Both the position numbers and the translations under genes were made by a program. A stretch of DNA of 64,000 nucleotides from an uncultured Acidobacteriota bacterium (GTDB lineage Bacteria > Acidobacteriota > Thermoanaerobaculia > Multivoradales > JAHEKO01): assembly GCA_963713825.1 (NCBI GenBank), contig CAVQNG010000003.1:32001-96000 (forward strand), in the 5' to 3' direction. The notes below the pieces were generated by a model. That model was not told the DNA's origin, did no database searches, and saw only the letters and a list, made by a program, of their open reading frames with translations. Positions 32,917 to 43,417 of this stretch are shown piece after piece (positions within the stretch are counted from its first letter, which is position 1; the number at the start of each line of letters is the position of its first letter).

Positions 32917-34269
32917 GTGTTGGGTCCAGTCACCATCGTCGGTGGCGGACTGGCTGGCAGCGAGTGCGCCTTCCAGTTGGCCAATCGAGGCGTGTCCGTC
33001 GAGCTGATGGAGATGCGCCCGGTGCGGTCCACTCCGGCGCATCAAACCGATCGCCTGGCCGAGCTGGTTTGTAGCAATTCCCTGCGGAGCGACGACCCCT
33101 TCCACGCCGCTGGACTTCTGAAACGGGAGATGGAGCGATTCGGATCTCTGATCATCTCGGCGGCCAGAGGAGCAGCGGTTCCAGCTGGTGGAGCCCTTGC
33201 CGTCGATCGGGAGCAGTTCGCAGACCGGGTAACCGATGCCGTCTCCACCCACCCTCGGGTCCAGCTTCACCGCCAGGAAGAGATGCAGATCCCTGATGGC
33301 GAGGTGGTTCTAGCCACAGGCCCACTGACATCCGATGCACTGGCAGCGCAACTGGTGAAGCTCATCGACGATGACTCGCTCTACTTCTACGACTCCATCG
33401 CGCCGATCGTGGACATCGAGAGTCTCGACATGGAGCGGCTGTTCTGGGCCTCGCGCTACGACAAAGGCAGCGGCGACGACTACCTGAACGCCCCGCTGAC
33501 CCGAGAGGAGTACCTGGCCTTTCACCAGGCCATCCAGGAGGCCGAGCTCGCTCCGCTCCACGACTTCGAGAAGGACCTCTTCTTCGAAGGTTGTCTACCC
33601 ATCGAGGAGCTCGCAAGAAGGGGCGTGGACACACTTCGATTCGGCCCCATGAAGCCGGTGGGTCTTCGACTCGCCGACGGCACCAGGCCCTACGCGGTGG
33701 TCCAACTGAGGCGGGAGAGCCTGGCACGCGAGCATTTCAACCTCGTGGGCTTCCAGACTCGCATGAAGTGGCCGGAGCAGAAACGAGTCCTCGCCCTGAT
33801 TCCCGGCTTCCAGAATGCCGAGTTCGTCCGACTGGGTCAGGTTCACCGCAATACCTTCATCAACGCACCCCGTCATCTCGATGCCTTCTACCGGATTCGC
33901 CAGTCACCCAGAGTGCGTCTGGCTGGACAGATCACAGGTGTCGAGGGCTATCTGGAGTCGGCCGCCAGTGGGCTGGCGATTGCCGTCTATCTCGGACAGC
34001 AACTGCAGGGTGCCGACCCCGAGCCGTTCCCATCGACCACAGCGCTCGGGGCGTTGGCTCGACATCTGACCGAATCAGAGCCGAAGACCTTCAAGCCCGC
34101 CAACATCAACTATGGCCTCTTCCCGGAGCTGGCTCGACGCGTGCCAAAGCGGCAGCGACGACAGGCTTTCGCCGACCGCGCTCGAGAGGATCTCGACCGA
34201 TGGGCGTCCAGAAACGCCGTCGATCTGGCTGAGACCCCGGACGCAGTGGTCTCAGGAGGTGTCTCCTGA
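32917..34269 (+). CDS. trmFO: tRNA (uracil-54)-methyltransferase TrmFO/Gid
   Basis: IVGGGLAGSE, ELVCSNS, FFEGCLPIE, LRFGPMKPVGL and GQITGVEGY motifs. Start placed at GTG 32917. Confidence 0.95.
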   Translation: MLGPVTIVGGGLAGSECAFQLANRGVSVELMEMRPVRSTPAHQTDRLAELVCSNSLRSDDPFHAAGLLKREMERFGSLIISAARGAAVPAGGALAVDREQFADRVTDAVSTHPRVQLHRQEEMQIPDGEVVLATGPLTSDALAAQLVKLIDDDSLYFYDSIAPIVDIESLDMERLFWASRYDKGSGDDYLNAPLTREEYLAFHQAIQEAELAPLHDFEKDLFFEGCLPIEELARRGVDTLRFGPMKPVGLRLADGTRPYAVVQLRRESLAREHFNLVGFQTRMKWPEQKRVLALIPGFQNAEFVRLGQVHRNTFINAPRHLDAFYRIRQSPRVRLAGQITGVEGYLESAASGLAIAVYLGQQLQGADPEPFPSTTALGALARHLTESEPKTFKPANINYGLFPELARRVPKRQRRQAFADRAREDLDRWASRNAVDLAETPDAVVSGGVS

Positions 34270-35180
34270 AAGGCCTGACAGAGCGCTTCCTCGAGCACCT
34301 GGAAGAGGAGCGGGGCTTCTCGGTCCACACCGTGCGGGCATACCGACGAGACCTGGAGAGTTTTCTGCACTTTCTGGCCATCGATTTTCTGAGTGAAGAA
34401 CCCTCGTCGATCCAACCGAACTCGGTGGACGCACTGGCCGTCCGGTCCTTTCTCGCTTCTCAGGCCAGGGCTGGCCTGGGACCCCAGTCCCAGGCCCGGA
34501 GCCTGTCCGCCCTGCGCAGTCTTTTTCGCTTCGCCTGTCGCGAAGGGACCCTGAACAGCAACCCAGCCGAAGGTGTGCGAAGCCCCAAACAGGGGAAATC
34601 GCTACCCAGACATCTGCGCCCTGGTGAAGTGGAGAACCTGTTGGAGGCGGCCGACGGCGACGAGCCCCTGGCGCGCCGCGACTCGGCCATCCTGGAGCTG
34701 CTCTATGCCTCGGGCTTGCGCGTCAGCGAGCTCGCTGGTCTCGACTGGCCAGACCTGAACATCGAGGCCCGCACTCTTCGAGTCATGGGCAAGGGCGGCA
34801 AGGAGCGCATGGTGCCATTCGGCAAACCGGCTGCCCAGGCCCTGGCGAGATGGATGCAGGCATGGGAAGACGTGCGGGGGCCGGCACCAGGGCCCGAGGA
34901 GCCCGTCTTTCTGAACTATCGCGGCGCCCGCCTCAGCGCCCGCTCGGTGCGGCGCATCATCGACCGCTATGTCGAGAAGGCGGCCCTGGCGGCTGGCGTC
35001 CATCCGCACACCCTGCGACACACTTTCGCTACTCATCTCCTGGAGGGTGGCGCCGATTTGCGGACGATTCAGGAACTTCTTGGACACAGCTCATTGTCCA
35101 CCACTCAGCGCTATACCCATCTCGAGCTCGAGCGACTCCTGCAGGTCTACCGGGAGTCTCACCCACGCGCCAAAGGGTAG
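34266..35180 (+). CDS. xerC: Tyrosine recombinase XerC (probable CTG start)
   Basis: LELLYASGLRVSE, GKGGKER, HPHTLRHTFATH and LLGHSSLSTTQRY motifs. Conserved topA-trmFO-xerC-hslVU synteny. Confidence 0.92.
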   Translation: MKGLTERFLEHLEEERGFSVHTVRAYRRDLESFLHFLAIDFLSEEPSSIQPNSVDALAVRSFLASQARAGLGPQSQARSLSALRSLFRFACREGTLNSNPAEGVRSPKQGKSLPRHLRPGEVENLLEAADGDEPLARRDSAILELLYASGLRVSELAGLDWPDLNIEARTLRVMGKGGKERMVPFGKPAAQALARWMQAWEDVRGPAPGPEEPVFLNYRGARLSARSVRRIIDRYVEKAALAAGVHPHTLRHTFATHLLEGGADLRTIQELLGHSSLSTTQRYTHLELERLLQVYRESHPRAKG

Positions 35181-35182
35181 CC

Positions 35183-35773
35183 ATGACCGTACCCGATTCC
35201 CGCGATAGCAGGGCTCTCCAGGAAGGTCGTTTTTCCTGTACTCCTTCTGGAATCATCGCCTCCAGCCGAAGGCGATTTTCCTACTTTCTACTAGTGCTGG
35301 CTCTCGCTATGGTCGTGGCGACCGTGGCGATGATCCTGGCCGGACGCTTCGTGCCCGCCCTGCTGGCGGCCGGCGTCGGGCTCGTCGTCGGCATGGCTTG
35401 GAGAATGAGTCGGGAGCTGAGCCTGCAATGGCTCGAGATCTCGGAAAGCCAACTGAAGGTACAGACCGCCACGGTCCGATTCGAGGTGCCCCTCGAAGGA
35501 GCCACAACGCGAGCCCTCGAAAGAGGGGAGATCGACCATATCGGCCGACTGGCATCAACGGCCGGTCTCGTAGCTGGCGTTGGCGGCTTCGACTCCCACC
35601 TCCTCGGCGAGTTCGATTTGTACGCTACCGACCTCGAGAACGCCGTACTGATCGACTGCGGAGAGGAGAGGTTCGTCGTCACGCCCGACAATCCGAGAGA
35701 GTTCTTGGCGGCGACGGCCACTGCCGGTGCCATGACTCGAGGCCCCCTGTTACAATCCGAATCCCATGAATAG
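35183..35773 (+). CDS. Membrane protein with two TMs and a bacterial PH-like C-terminal domain
   Basis: Two hydrophobic helices followed by [12 protein letters not shown]...[13 protein letters not shown] two bases after the xerC stop. Confidence 0.6.
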   Translation: MTVPDSRDSRALQEGRFSCTPSGIIASSRRRFSYFLLVLALAMVVATVAMILAGRFVPALLAAGVGLVVGMAWRMSRELSLQWLEISESQLKVQTATVRFEVPLEGATTRALERGEIDHIGRLASTAGLVAGVGGFDSHLLGEFDLYATDLENAVLIDCGEERFVVTPDNPREFLAATATAGAMTRGPLLQSESHE

Positions 35774-36302
35774 CTTCTTTGCTACCACGATTCTGATGGT
35801 CCGCCGTGACGGCAAGACCTGCATGGCGAGCGACGGCCAGGTGACCTTCAACAACACGGTCATCAAGGCCACAGCCAACAAAGTGAAACGAGCCGGCAAG
35901 GGCCGCGTTCTGGTTGGATTCGCCGGCGGCGCAGCCGACGGACTGGCTCTCTACAGTCGGTTCGAGTCCAAGCTGGAAGAATTCCAAGGCAATCTGGAGC
36001 GCGCGGTCGTCGAGCTCGCCAAGGACTGGCGCACCGATCGAGTCCTACGTCAGCTGCAAGCCCAGATGATCGTCGCCGACGGGCAAAAGAGCTTTCTCGT
36101 ATCCGGCAACGGCGATCTCATGCAGCCTGATGAAGACGGCATTCTGGCGATTGGCTCCGGCGCCAATTTCGCTCTCGCCGCGGCGAGAGCCCTCATTGAC
36201 CACACCGATATGCCGGCCGTCGAGGTCGTCCGGCAAGCCATGAAGATCGCCGCCGACATCTGCGTCTTCACTAACCACCAACTCACCCTCGAGGAGCTCT
36301 AG
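35766..36302 (+). CDS. hslV: ATP-dependent protease subunit HslV
   Basis: [23 protein letters not shown] and AIGSG motifs. Confidence 0.97.
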   Translation: MNSFFATTILMVRRDGKTCMASDGQVTFNNTVIKATANKVKRAGKGRVLVGFAGGAADGLALYSRFESKLEEFQGNLERAVVELAKDWRTDRVLRQLQAQMIVADGQKSFLVSGNGDLMQPDEDGILAIGSGANFALAAARALIDHTDMPAVEVVRQAMKIAADICVFTNHQLTLEEL

Positions 36303-36306
36303 ACCC

Positions 36307-37677
36307 TTGGCACCTCTAGCTTCGATCGTCTCAGGCCCGACCCTGAGCCTGGATGACCTAACGCCCCGGCAGATCGTTGCCGAGCTCGACAAGTACGTGG
36401 TCGGGCAGCACGATGGCAAGCGCGCCGTTGCTATCGCTCTGCGCAATCGCTGGCGTCGGCAACAGCTCGACCCGGAGATGGCCGAGGAGGTGCTGCCCAA
36501 GAACATCCTCATGATCGGTCCGACCGGTGTCGGCAAGACCGAGATCGCGCGACGCTTGGCCCGGCTGGCCAAGGCTCCTTTTTCCAAGGTCGAAGCGAGC
36601 AAGTTCACCGAGGTCGGCTACGTCGGCCGAGATGTCGAGTCCATGGTACGCGACCTCGTGGAGGTGGCGGTCGGGATGGTACGCGAGGAAACCCGAGCGT
36701 CTGTCTACGACAAGGCCGCCGAGCGAGCCGAGGACCGTCTCCTGCAGCTGCTCGTACCGCCGCCGGCACCCGGCACCGTCAATCCGGATGAGGCCGATCC
36801 TCAAGCCACGCGAGAGAAATTTCGAGACAAGCTGCGCTCGGGGAAGCTCGACGACCGCACAGTCGAAATCGAGGTCGAGGACTCTTCGTTGCCCAGCTTC
36901 GAGATGTTCACTCCACAGGGTGTCGAGGAAGTCGGAATCAATCTCAAGGAGATGATGCCGGGGTTCTTCGGACGCCGACAGAAGCAGAGCGTGCGTGTCG
37001 GCGATGCCCGGGAGATCATCCTGCAGGAGGAGGCCGAAAAGCTCATCGACCGGCAGCAGGTCAGTCGAGATGCGCGATGGAGAGTCGAGCAGGGCGGCAT
37101 CGTGTTCCTGGACGAGATAGACAAAATCGCCGGACACGACCAGGGTCAGGGACCCGACGTCTCCCGAGAGGGCGTCCAGAGGGACCTGCTCCCCATCGTG
37201 GAAGGCAGCACCGTCGCTACCAAGTACGGCTCGGTCAAAACCGACCACATCCTGTTCATCGCCGCGGGAGCCTTTCATTCGAGCAAGCCGTCAGACTTGA
37301 TTCCCGAGCTCCAGGGGCGCTTCCCCATCAGGGTCGAGCTCAACGCTCTGACCGAAGACGACTTCGTCCGCATCCTCACAGAGCCGGAGAACGCATTGAC
37401 CAAGCAGTACGCCGCCCTGCTCAAAACCGAGGGTATGGATATCGTCTTCACTGAAGATGCCATCCACGAGATCGCACGGCTGGCCGTCGAGGTCAACTCG
37501 ACGACGGAGAACATCGGTGCCCGGCGCCTGGCCACTCTTCTCGAGCGGGTCCTTGACGAGGTCTCTTTCGAAGCTCCCGACATGAAGGGAGTTCGAGTCG
37601 ATATCGATGCCGCCTATGTAAATCGCGCTCTGTCGGATATCGTCAAGGATCAGGACCTGACCCGCTATGTCCTCTAG
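36307..37677 (+). CDS. hslU: ATP-dependent protease ATPase HslU
   Basis: [32 protein letters not shown] and NIGARRL motifs. Confidence 0.97.
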   Translation: MAPLASIVSGPTLSLDDLTPRQIVAELDKYVVGQHDGKRAVAIALRNRWRRQQLDPEMAEEVLPKNILMIGPTGVGKTEIARRLARLAKAPFSKVEASKFTEVGYVGRDVESMVRDLVEVAVGMVREETRASVYDKAAERAEDRLLQLLVPPPAPGTVNPDEADPQATREKFRDKLRSGKLDDRTVEIEVEDSSLPSFEMFTPQGVEEVGINLKEMMPGFFGRRQKQSVRVGDAREIILQEEAEKLIDRQQVSRDARWRVEQGGIVFLDEIDKIAGHDQGQGPDVSREGVQRDLLPIVEGSTVATKYGSVKTDHILFIAAGAFHSSKPSDLIPELQGRFPIRVELNALTEDDFVRILTEPENALTKQYAALLKTEGMDIVFTEDAIHEIARLAVEVNSTTENIGARRLATLLERVLDEVSFEAPDMKGVRVDIDAAYVNRALSDIVKDQDLTRYVL

Positions 37678-38893
37678 TCCGCTCGCCTCGCGTCGCGTCT
37701 CATCACAGATCGTCCTCTGGACTTTCTTGCTGATCAGCGCCCTTTGGCTGGCCTGCGGACGCAAGGAACCGCCCAGACCACCGGCCAGCAAAGTACCGGC
37801 AAAGATCATCGACTTGAAGGTTCAACAGCGCGGCATGGAGTTTCTCCTCACCCTGACCTACCCCTCCACCACCATGGGCGGTCTGGCGCTGAGCGAGATC
37901 GAAGCCTTGGAGGTCTGGGAGGTCGTGCGCTACGTCTCACCCCTGGTAGGCGAGGAGGAAGCCGCCGAGGACGAAGATGTGTCGTCCGAAGCTGTCGGCG
38001 AGCCCGCCGAGGAACCCGAGGCAGTACCCGAAGAAGAGGCTGCACCCGGGCTTTTTCAGCTACCAGCCGACATGCCGGATGAGGAGTCTATGGAAGATCT
38101 CGTCATGGTCGATCCGCGCGAGTTCCGCCAATCGGCACAGCTGCTGCGGTCCCTGCAAGACACCGAGCTGAGCTCGGCCGTACAGGGCGGCCAACTGCTG
38201 ATTCGCCTACCAATCGAGGAGATCCCCGAACAGGAAGAGGTCAGGGTCTTCGCGGCCAGAACGCTCGCAGGTCCGCGACTCGTCTCGCAATACTCCAATC
38301 TGGCGAAAATCGGCGTGCGACAGCCGCCAACCGCTCCGCGCTCCGTTGCCGTAGCACCGACCGCCTCCGGAGTCGAGCTCTCCTGGGAGACGGACGAGCC
38401 GGGCATGGAAGTCAACGTCTACCGTCGAAGTGCCAATGTCAAAGACTACGGTCCACCCCTGGCCACGGTGCCGCCAGAAACCCGGTCGTTCACAGATCGA
38501 GCGGCTGTCTTCGGAAACCGCTACATCTACACCGTGACGCTCGTCTCTTCGACCAATCCGCTGGTGGAGAGCCGCATCGCATCCGAGCACGAAGTGGACT
38601 TCGAGGATCGGTTCCCACCCTCGGCCCCGGAGAACATCGTCGCCCTCGCCGAGGAGGGCCAGGTTCGCCTGCTCTGGGAGCTGTCTCCTGAGAGTGACGT
38701 AGCGGGCTATCGGGTCTTTCGTCAGGCTCCGGGCGAGGAGTTCCGAGCCATCAACCCAGAGCTGGTTCTTGGCTCCGAGTTGCTGGATCGCGACGTCGCT
38801 TCGGGCATCACCTACTCCTATTTCGTCACTGCGGTCGACGGCGCAAACAACCAGAGCGAGGCCAGCAAGGCCACAACAGCTCAGGTGCCATGA
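37667..38893 (+). CDS. Fibronectin type III-domain lipoprotein
   Basis: Lipobox LWLAC-GRK, acidic linker and FN3 signatures (LSW...VYRR...YIYTV; LLW...GYRVFR...YSYFVTAVD). Confidence 0.75.
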   Translation: MSSSPLASRRVSSQIVLWTFLLISALWLACGRKEPPRPPASKVPAKIIDLKVQQRGMEFLLTLTYPSTTMGGLALSEIEALEVWEVVRYVSPLVGEEEAAEDEDVSSEAVGEPAEEPEAVPEEEAAPGLFQLPADMPDEESMEDLVMVDPREFRQSAQLLRSLQDTELSSAVQGGQLLIRLPIEEIPEQEEVRVFAARTLAGPRLVSQYSNLAKIGVRQPPTAPRSVAVAPTASGVELSWETDEPGMEVNVYRRSANVKDYGPPLATVPPETRSFTDRAAVFGNRYIYTVTLVSSTNPLVESRIASEHEVDFEDRFPPSAPENIVALAEEGQVRLLWELSPESDVAGYRVFRQAPGEEFRAINPELVLGSELLDRDVASGITYSYFVTAVDGANNQSEASKATTAQVP

Positions 38894-39720
38894 GGCACTT
38901 CTTCCGCTTATCTGGCGGTGGCAACGACTTCCTGGCGCTCGTCGAGCCCATCGAGGACCCGACGCCCGACCAGATTCGGGCCTGGTGTCACCGTGGCCTT
39001 TCCCTCGGTGCCGATGGTGTGTTCCTTCTCCACCGTAGCCCTGACGGGGCGCGCATGCGCCATTTCAACGCCGACGGTAGCGCCGCCGAGCTATGCCTCA
39101 ACGGAACTCGGTGTGCGGTGCGCCTGGCTCGCCACCTGGGCTGGTCCGACCAGGAGATCGTCATCGAGACAGGGGCAGGCCTGATAGCAGGCTCGTCACT
39201 GGAGATCACTTCCGTGACTCTGGCCCTTGCACGACCGAGCGAGCCGGAGCCCCTGGAGATCGACTTGGACGGGACCTTGCTGCAGGGATTCAAGGTTCCG
39301 ATCGGCGTTCCCCACTTCGTCCTTCCGTGGTCAGAGGGAGTCGCTCGAGCACCGGTGGCCAGACTCGGACCTCGCCTCCGTTCCCATCCGGCTTTCGGAG
39401 ACGCCGGCACCAACGTGGACTTCGCACACTTCGCGGACCGGAATCGGATGGAGATCCGCACCTACGAGAGAGGCGTCGAAAGCGAGACCCTGGCGTGCGG
39501 CACCGGCGTGATGGCTGCGGTCGCAGTTGGAGTGGAGCAAGGAGAGTTGGAGCTGCCCGTGGCGGTGCTCACCCGCGGTGGCTTTCAGTTGGAGGTCAGC
39601 GCCTGGGCCAGCGGATCAGAAGAAGCGCGTTGGGGACTCAAAGGCGATGCCCGACTGCTGGCGGAAGGTGAGATGGTCGAAGGCGTCGATGACCTGCCCG
39701 AGCCACCACCGTGGGCCTAG
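38890..39720 (+). CDS. dapF: Diaminopimelate epimerase
   Basis: GGGNDF, GADG, ELCLNGTRC, GVPHFV and RTYERGVESETLACGTG motifs. Confidence 0.95.
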   Translation: MRHFFRLSGGGNDFLALVEPIEDPTPDQIRAWCHRGLSLGADGVFLLHRSPDGARMRHFNADGSAAELCLNGTRCAVRLARHLGWSDQEIVIETGAGLIAGSSLEITSVTLALARPSEPEPLEIDLDGTLLQGFKVPIGVPHFVLPWSEGVARAPVARLGPRLRSHPAFGDAGTNVDFAHFADRNRMEIRTYERGVESETLACGTGVMAAVAVGVEQGELELPVAVLTRGGFQLEVSAWASGSEEARWGLKGDARLLAEGEMVEGVDDLPEPPPWA

Positions 39721-39757
39721 GGCCCGACGATTTCCTGCATGCTAAGCTGCGCTGCCG

Positions 39758-40996
39758 ATGACTGACGGGTCCAATAGCAAAAGCCAGTTCGCCCCGGTCG
39801 ACGAACAGCTCGATCGGCTGACGAGGGGTGTTGTCGATCTGGTCACCGAAGACCAGTTGCGCGACAAGCTCACCCGCTCTCGTGAGACCGGCCGTCCCCT
39901 CACCGTCAAGGCGGGCTTCGACCCCTCTTCACCGGACCTCCACCTGGGTCATACGGTACTGCTTCACAAGATGAAGCACTTCCAAGACCTGGGGCACCGG
40001 GTGGTCTTCGTCGTCGGGGACTTCACGGCAATGATCGGGGACCCGACGGGCAGGAGCCTGACCCGACCTCAGCTCACCGCCGAGGAGGTCGCCGATCATG
40101 CCGAGACCTACAAGGCACAACTCTTCCGGGTCCTCGATCGAGAGCGAACGGTCGTGGACTACAACAGCCGATGGCTCGACGAGTTGGGATCCAGTGGCCT
40201 CGTTCGACTGGCTGGCCGCTACACCCTGGCCAGGATGATGGAGCGCGAGGATTTTCGTAGTCGCTACGAGTCCAACCAGGCGATCAGCCTCCACGAGCTT
40301 CTCTATCCCCTGGTCCAGGCCTACGACTCGATTGCCCTGCAGGCCGATGTCGAGCTCGGGGGACACGATCAGATCTTCAATCTTCTCGTGGGCCGCGATC
40401 TCATGAAGGAGGAGGGACTCGAGCCCCAGGTCGTGATGACGGTGCCCTTGCTGGTGGGTATCGATGGAACCGAGAAGATGTCCAAGAGCTTGGACAACGC
40501 GATCGCGGTCGAGGACTCCGCCACCGAGATGTTCGGCAAGACCATGTCCATCCCAGACGAGCTCATGTGGGACTGGTACTTGCTGCTCACAGAGCTATCG
40601 GAATCGGAGATCGAGGTGCGGCGCGCCAAGGTCGCCGCCGGAGACCTGCACCCGAAAACAGCCAAGCAAGAGTTGGCTACTCGTCTGACAACCGATTTTC
40701 ATGGTGTAGAGGCGGCCGCCCAAGCTGCCGCTGAATTCGACAAGGTATTCGCCGACGGCGGCCTGCCCGAAGAGATTCCGCACCACGCGATCGAAGGTCC
40801 CATGGTGCTGCCCCGCATCCTTGCCCAGAGCGGTCTCGCTGCAAGCAACAACGAAGCTCGCCGGCTGGTCCAGCAGGGAGCCGTGACGATCGATGGCGAG
40901 AGGAGCTCGGATCCGTTCGCCGAGCTGACCGCGCGCCAGGAGCCCTACGTCTTCAAGGTGGGCAAGCGGCGTTTCGCAAAAATCCAGATTTCCTGA
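39758..40996 (+). CDS. tyrS: Tyrosine--tRNA ligase
   Basis: GFDPS..DLHLGH, YPLVQAYD and KMSKS motifs; C-terminal S4 domain (KVGKRRF). Confidence 0.97.
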   Translation: MTDGSNSKSQFAPVDEQLDRLTRGVVDLVTEDQLRDKLTRSRETGRPLTVKAGFDPSSPDLHLGHTVLLHKMKHFQDLGHRVVFVVGDFTAMIGDPTGRSLTRPQLTAEEVADHAETYKAQLFRVLDRERTVVDYNSRWLDELGSSGLVRLAGRYTLARMMEREDFRSRYESNQAISLHELLYPLVQAYDSIALQADVELGGHDQIFNLLVGRDLMKEEGLEPQVVMTVPLLVGIDGTEKMSKSLDNAIAVEDSATEMFGKTMSIPDELMWDWYLLLTELSESEIEVRRAKVAAGDLHPKTAKQELATRLTTDFHGVEAAAQAAAEFDKVFADGGLPEEIPHHAIEGPMVLPRILAQSGLAASNNEARRLVQQGAVTIDGERSSDPFAELTARQEPYVFKVGKRRFAKIQIS

Positions 40997-41090
40997 ATCG
41001 GTATCACTTCTCTGCAGGCAGATCCAATGACTGCGGTCCTGTGCCCTACGAGACAGCTTGACGGTAGCGGGCCGTGCTAGCCTACCGGCC

Positions 41091-41423
41091 ATGTCGCCGG
41101 GCGACCCACCACCACTGGACGAGCCTCAGGACACCAGCTCGCAACAGGATTTCGAAGAGATCCACATCCCGAGTCTGCCCATCGGGACGCGCATCATCCT
41201 GTTGGGGCTGAGCTGGATTTGCCTGATCTTGGGACTGGCGGGGCTCCTTCTGCCCGGCCTGCAAGGCGTGTTGCTTCTGCTGCTGGGAATGGCGCTGATG
41301 TCCGTGGCCAGCGACACCGCGCATCGCTGGATGGAGAAAGCACTGCGCCGCCATCCCCGCCTCCAGGAGCGACTGCAGCGCTTTCGCGACAAGATCCACA
41401 CGCGGTTCGGCCACAAGCCCTGA
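41091..41423 (+). CDS. Small membrane protein (PGPGW/DUF454-like)
   Basis: Hydrophobic hairpin LGLAGLLLPGLQGVLLLLLG and basic tail. Start at ATG 41091. Confidence 0.65.
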   Translation: MSPGDPPPLDEPQDTSSQQDFEEIHIPSLPIGTRIILLGLSWICLILGLAGLLLPGLQGVLLLLLGMALMSVASDTAHRWMEKALRRHPRLQERLQRFRDKIHTRFGHKP

Positions 41424-41502
41424 CCCCCGACCGACCCGGGGCTTGGGTCCTGGGTAAATGACCCTCTTCTTGTGGAGGTCCGCCGGCGGACGGCGTCGGC
41501 AT

Positions 41503-41556
41503 TGTAGGGGAGCCCCTTGCGGGCTCCCGCGGGAGGGGGCAAGCCCCTCCCCTACA
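41503..41556. repeat. Inverted GTAG-family REP doublet (REPIN-like)
   Basis: GTAG-GGGAGCCC-CTTGC-GGGCTCCC followed by inverted GGGAGGGGGC-AAG-CCCCTCCC-CTAC. Confidence 0.75.
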
Positions 41557-41908
41557 TCCAGGCGGGCCGCCACCTTGTCTCGTCATCGCGCCTCGTCTCT
41601 TGTGCTCTTTCGTGGACCTTGCGCAGCGCTCGACTCGGCACCCCACAGGCGAGCCACCCGAACGAACCTCTGGCACCGACAGGGGCATAAGGGCTTAGGG
41701 CAGTAGGGGCCTAGGGGGTGAGTCAGTAGTCGGAATCTCGATGTGTCTCGAAGGTGGTAGATCGGGCCATGGGTCTCCCTCGTCGGAGGGGCATGGTCGG
41801 GTGAGGCCGCAGACGAGGGAGATCCCTGGTCCGATCGGCTATCTCAACCCCAAGCCCCCAAAGGCCGGCCGACACGGAGTGCGGCCGGTTCAACCCCCAA
41901 GACTTCAA

Positions 41909-41936
41909 GGAAAAAGCCGGCGGTGAGCCGGCTTCC
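41909..41936 (-). terminator. Intrinsic terminator of gltA
   Basis: Minus-strand AAGCCGGC-TCACC-GCCGGCTT-TTTCC just after the gltA stop. Confidence 0.75.
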
Positions 41937-41953
41937 TCAACCCTTCAGTCGCG

Positions 41954-43237
41954 CTAGCGCTCCGCGATGGGTACGAAGTCTCGCTCGGTCTCACCGACGT
42001 AGATCTGCCGGGGGCGGTGGATCTTGCCCTCGGGATCGGCGCGCATCTCTCGCCAGTGGGCGATCCAGCCTGGAAGCCGGCCGAGAGCGAACATGACCGT
42101 GAACATATTGGTCGGAATCCCCATCGCTCGATACAGGATGCCGCTGTAGAAATCGACATTCGGGTAGAGCTTGCGCTCGACGAAGTAGTCGTCCTTGAGC
42201 GCGATCTCTTCGAGGTTCCGAGCGATGTCCAGCAGGGGGTCGTCCACGCCCAGCTCATCCAGCACCTGATCGGCCGACTTCCTGAGCAGCTGTGCTCTGG
42301 GATCGTAGTTCTTGTAAACGCGATGCCCGAAGCCCATGAGACGAAAGCCCGACTCTTTGTCTTTCGCCATGTCCATGTACTTCTGATAGTTGCCGCCGTC
42401 CTTGCGGATCAACTCGAGCATCTCGATCACCTTCTGGTTGGCACCGCCGTGCAGAGGTCCCGAAAGGGCGCTGATGCCGGCAGAGATCGAAGCGAACAAG
42501 TTGGCCTCGCTGCTGCCGACCATTCTCACTGTCGAAGTACTGCAGTTCTGCTCGTGGTCCGCATGCAGGATCAAGAGCAGATTCAGAGCCGAGTCCAGGA
42601 CCGCCGGGACCTCATAGGGCTCCGTGGGAACGGAGAACATCATGTACAAGAAGTTCTCGGTGTAGGACAGATCGTTGCGCGGATAGACGAACGGCTGACC
42701 CACAGACTTCTTGTACGAGAAGGCCGCGATGGTACTGACTTTGGCGATCAATCGGATGATGTTCCGGTTGATGTCCGCTTCCGTAGTCGTGTCCCGATAG
42801 TAGGTGGAGAGCGCCGCCACCATCGACGACAGAATCGCCATCGGATGGGAGTTCGGCGGAAAGCCCTCGAAGAATTTCTTCATGTCCTCGTGCAGCAGGG
42901 TGTGACGCGTCAGGGCCATCCGAAAGTCGTCGTACTCGCTGGCCGTTGGGAGCCGTCCATAGACCAGCAGGAAACAGACCTCTGCAAAACTGGCGGCCTC
43001 CGCGACCTGCTCGATCGGGTAGCCCCGGTAGCGCAGGATGCCCTTCTCGCCGTCGATGAAGGTGATCGAGCTCGAGCAGGATCCGGTGTTGCCGTACCCC
43101 GGATCGTAGGTAATCAGGCTGGTATTGGCCCGTAGCTTGCGGACATCGAGGCCGACCTCCTGCTCGGTGCCAACGATGGCCTTCATCTCATAGTCGATGT
43201 CGCCCAGATTCAGCTTGGCGGTCTGTTCATCAGTCAT
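41954..43237 (-). CDS. gltA: Citrate synthase (type II)
   Basis: YDPGY, LRYRGYPI, HADHEQNCST, GPLHGGAN, LMGFGHRVYK and YPNVDFYSG motifs. Start at ATG 43237. Confidence 0.97.
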   Translation of the reverse strand: MTDEQTAKLNLGDIDYEMKAIVGTEQEVGLDVRKLRANTSLITYDPGYGNTGSCSSSITFIDGEKGILRYRGYPIEQVAEAASFAEVCFLLVYGRLPTASEYDDFRMALTRHTLLHEDMKKFFEGFPPNSHPMAILSSMVAALSTYYRDTTTEADINRNIIRLIAKVSTIAAFSYKKSVGQPFVYPRNDLSYTENFLYMMFSVPTEPYEVPAVLDSALNLLLILHADHEQNCSTSTVRMVGSSEANLFASISAGISALSGPLHGGANQKVIEMLELIRKDGGNYQKYMDMAKDKESGFRLMGFGHRVYKNYDPRAQLLRKSADQVLDELGVDDPLLDIARNLEEIALKDDYFVERKLYPNVDFYSGILYRAMGIPTNMFTVMFALGRLPGWIAHWREMRADPEGKIHRPRQIYVGETERDFVPIAER

Positions 43238-43417
43238 AGGAATCTCCACGGTTGCTGCACAGCAGGCACTCTGCGCTTGGCGAAAGTGTAGGAACTGTCA
43301 AGGTCGATTCGAGCGAGCTGGCTTGAGCGACACAGGAATCGCTGGCGAATTCTATCTGCCGCCCTGCAGTCGCGCAATCACACCGCCCCCGCGCCTCGAC
43401 GCAGCGGCCTGCGGGTG

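Noticed and set aside
34266-35180. Phage or island integrase
   Set aside because: Housekeeping XerC in conserved dprA-topA-trmFO-xerC-hslVU synteny, with no mobile-element neighbours.
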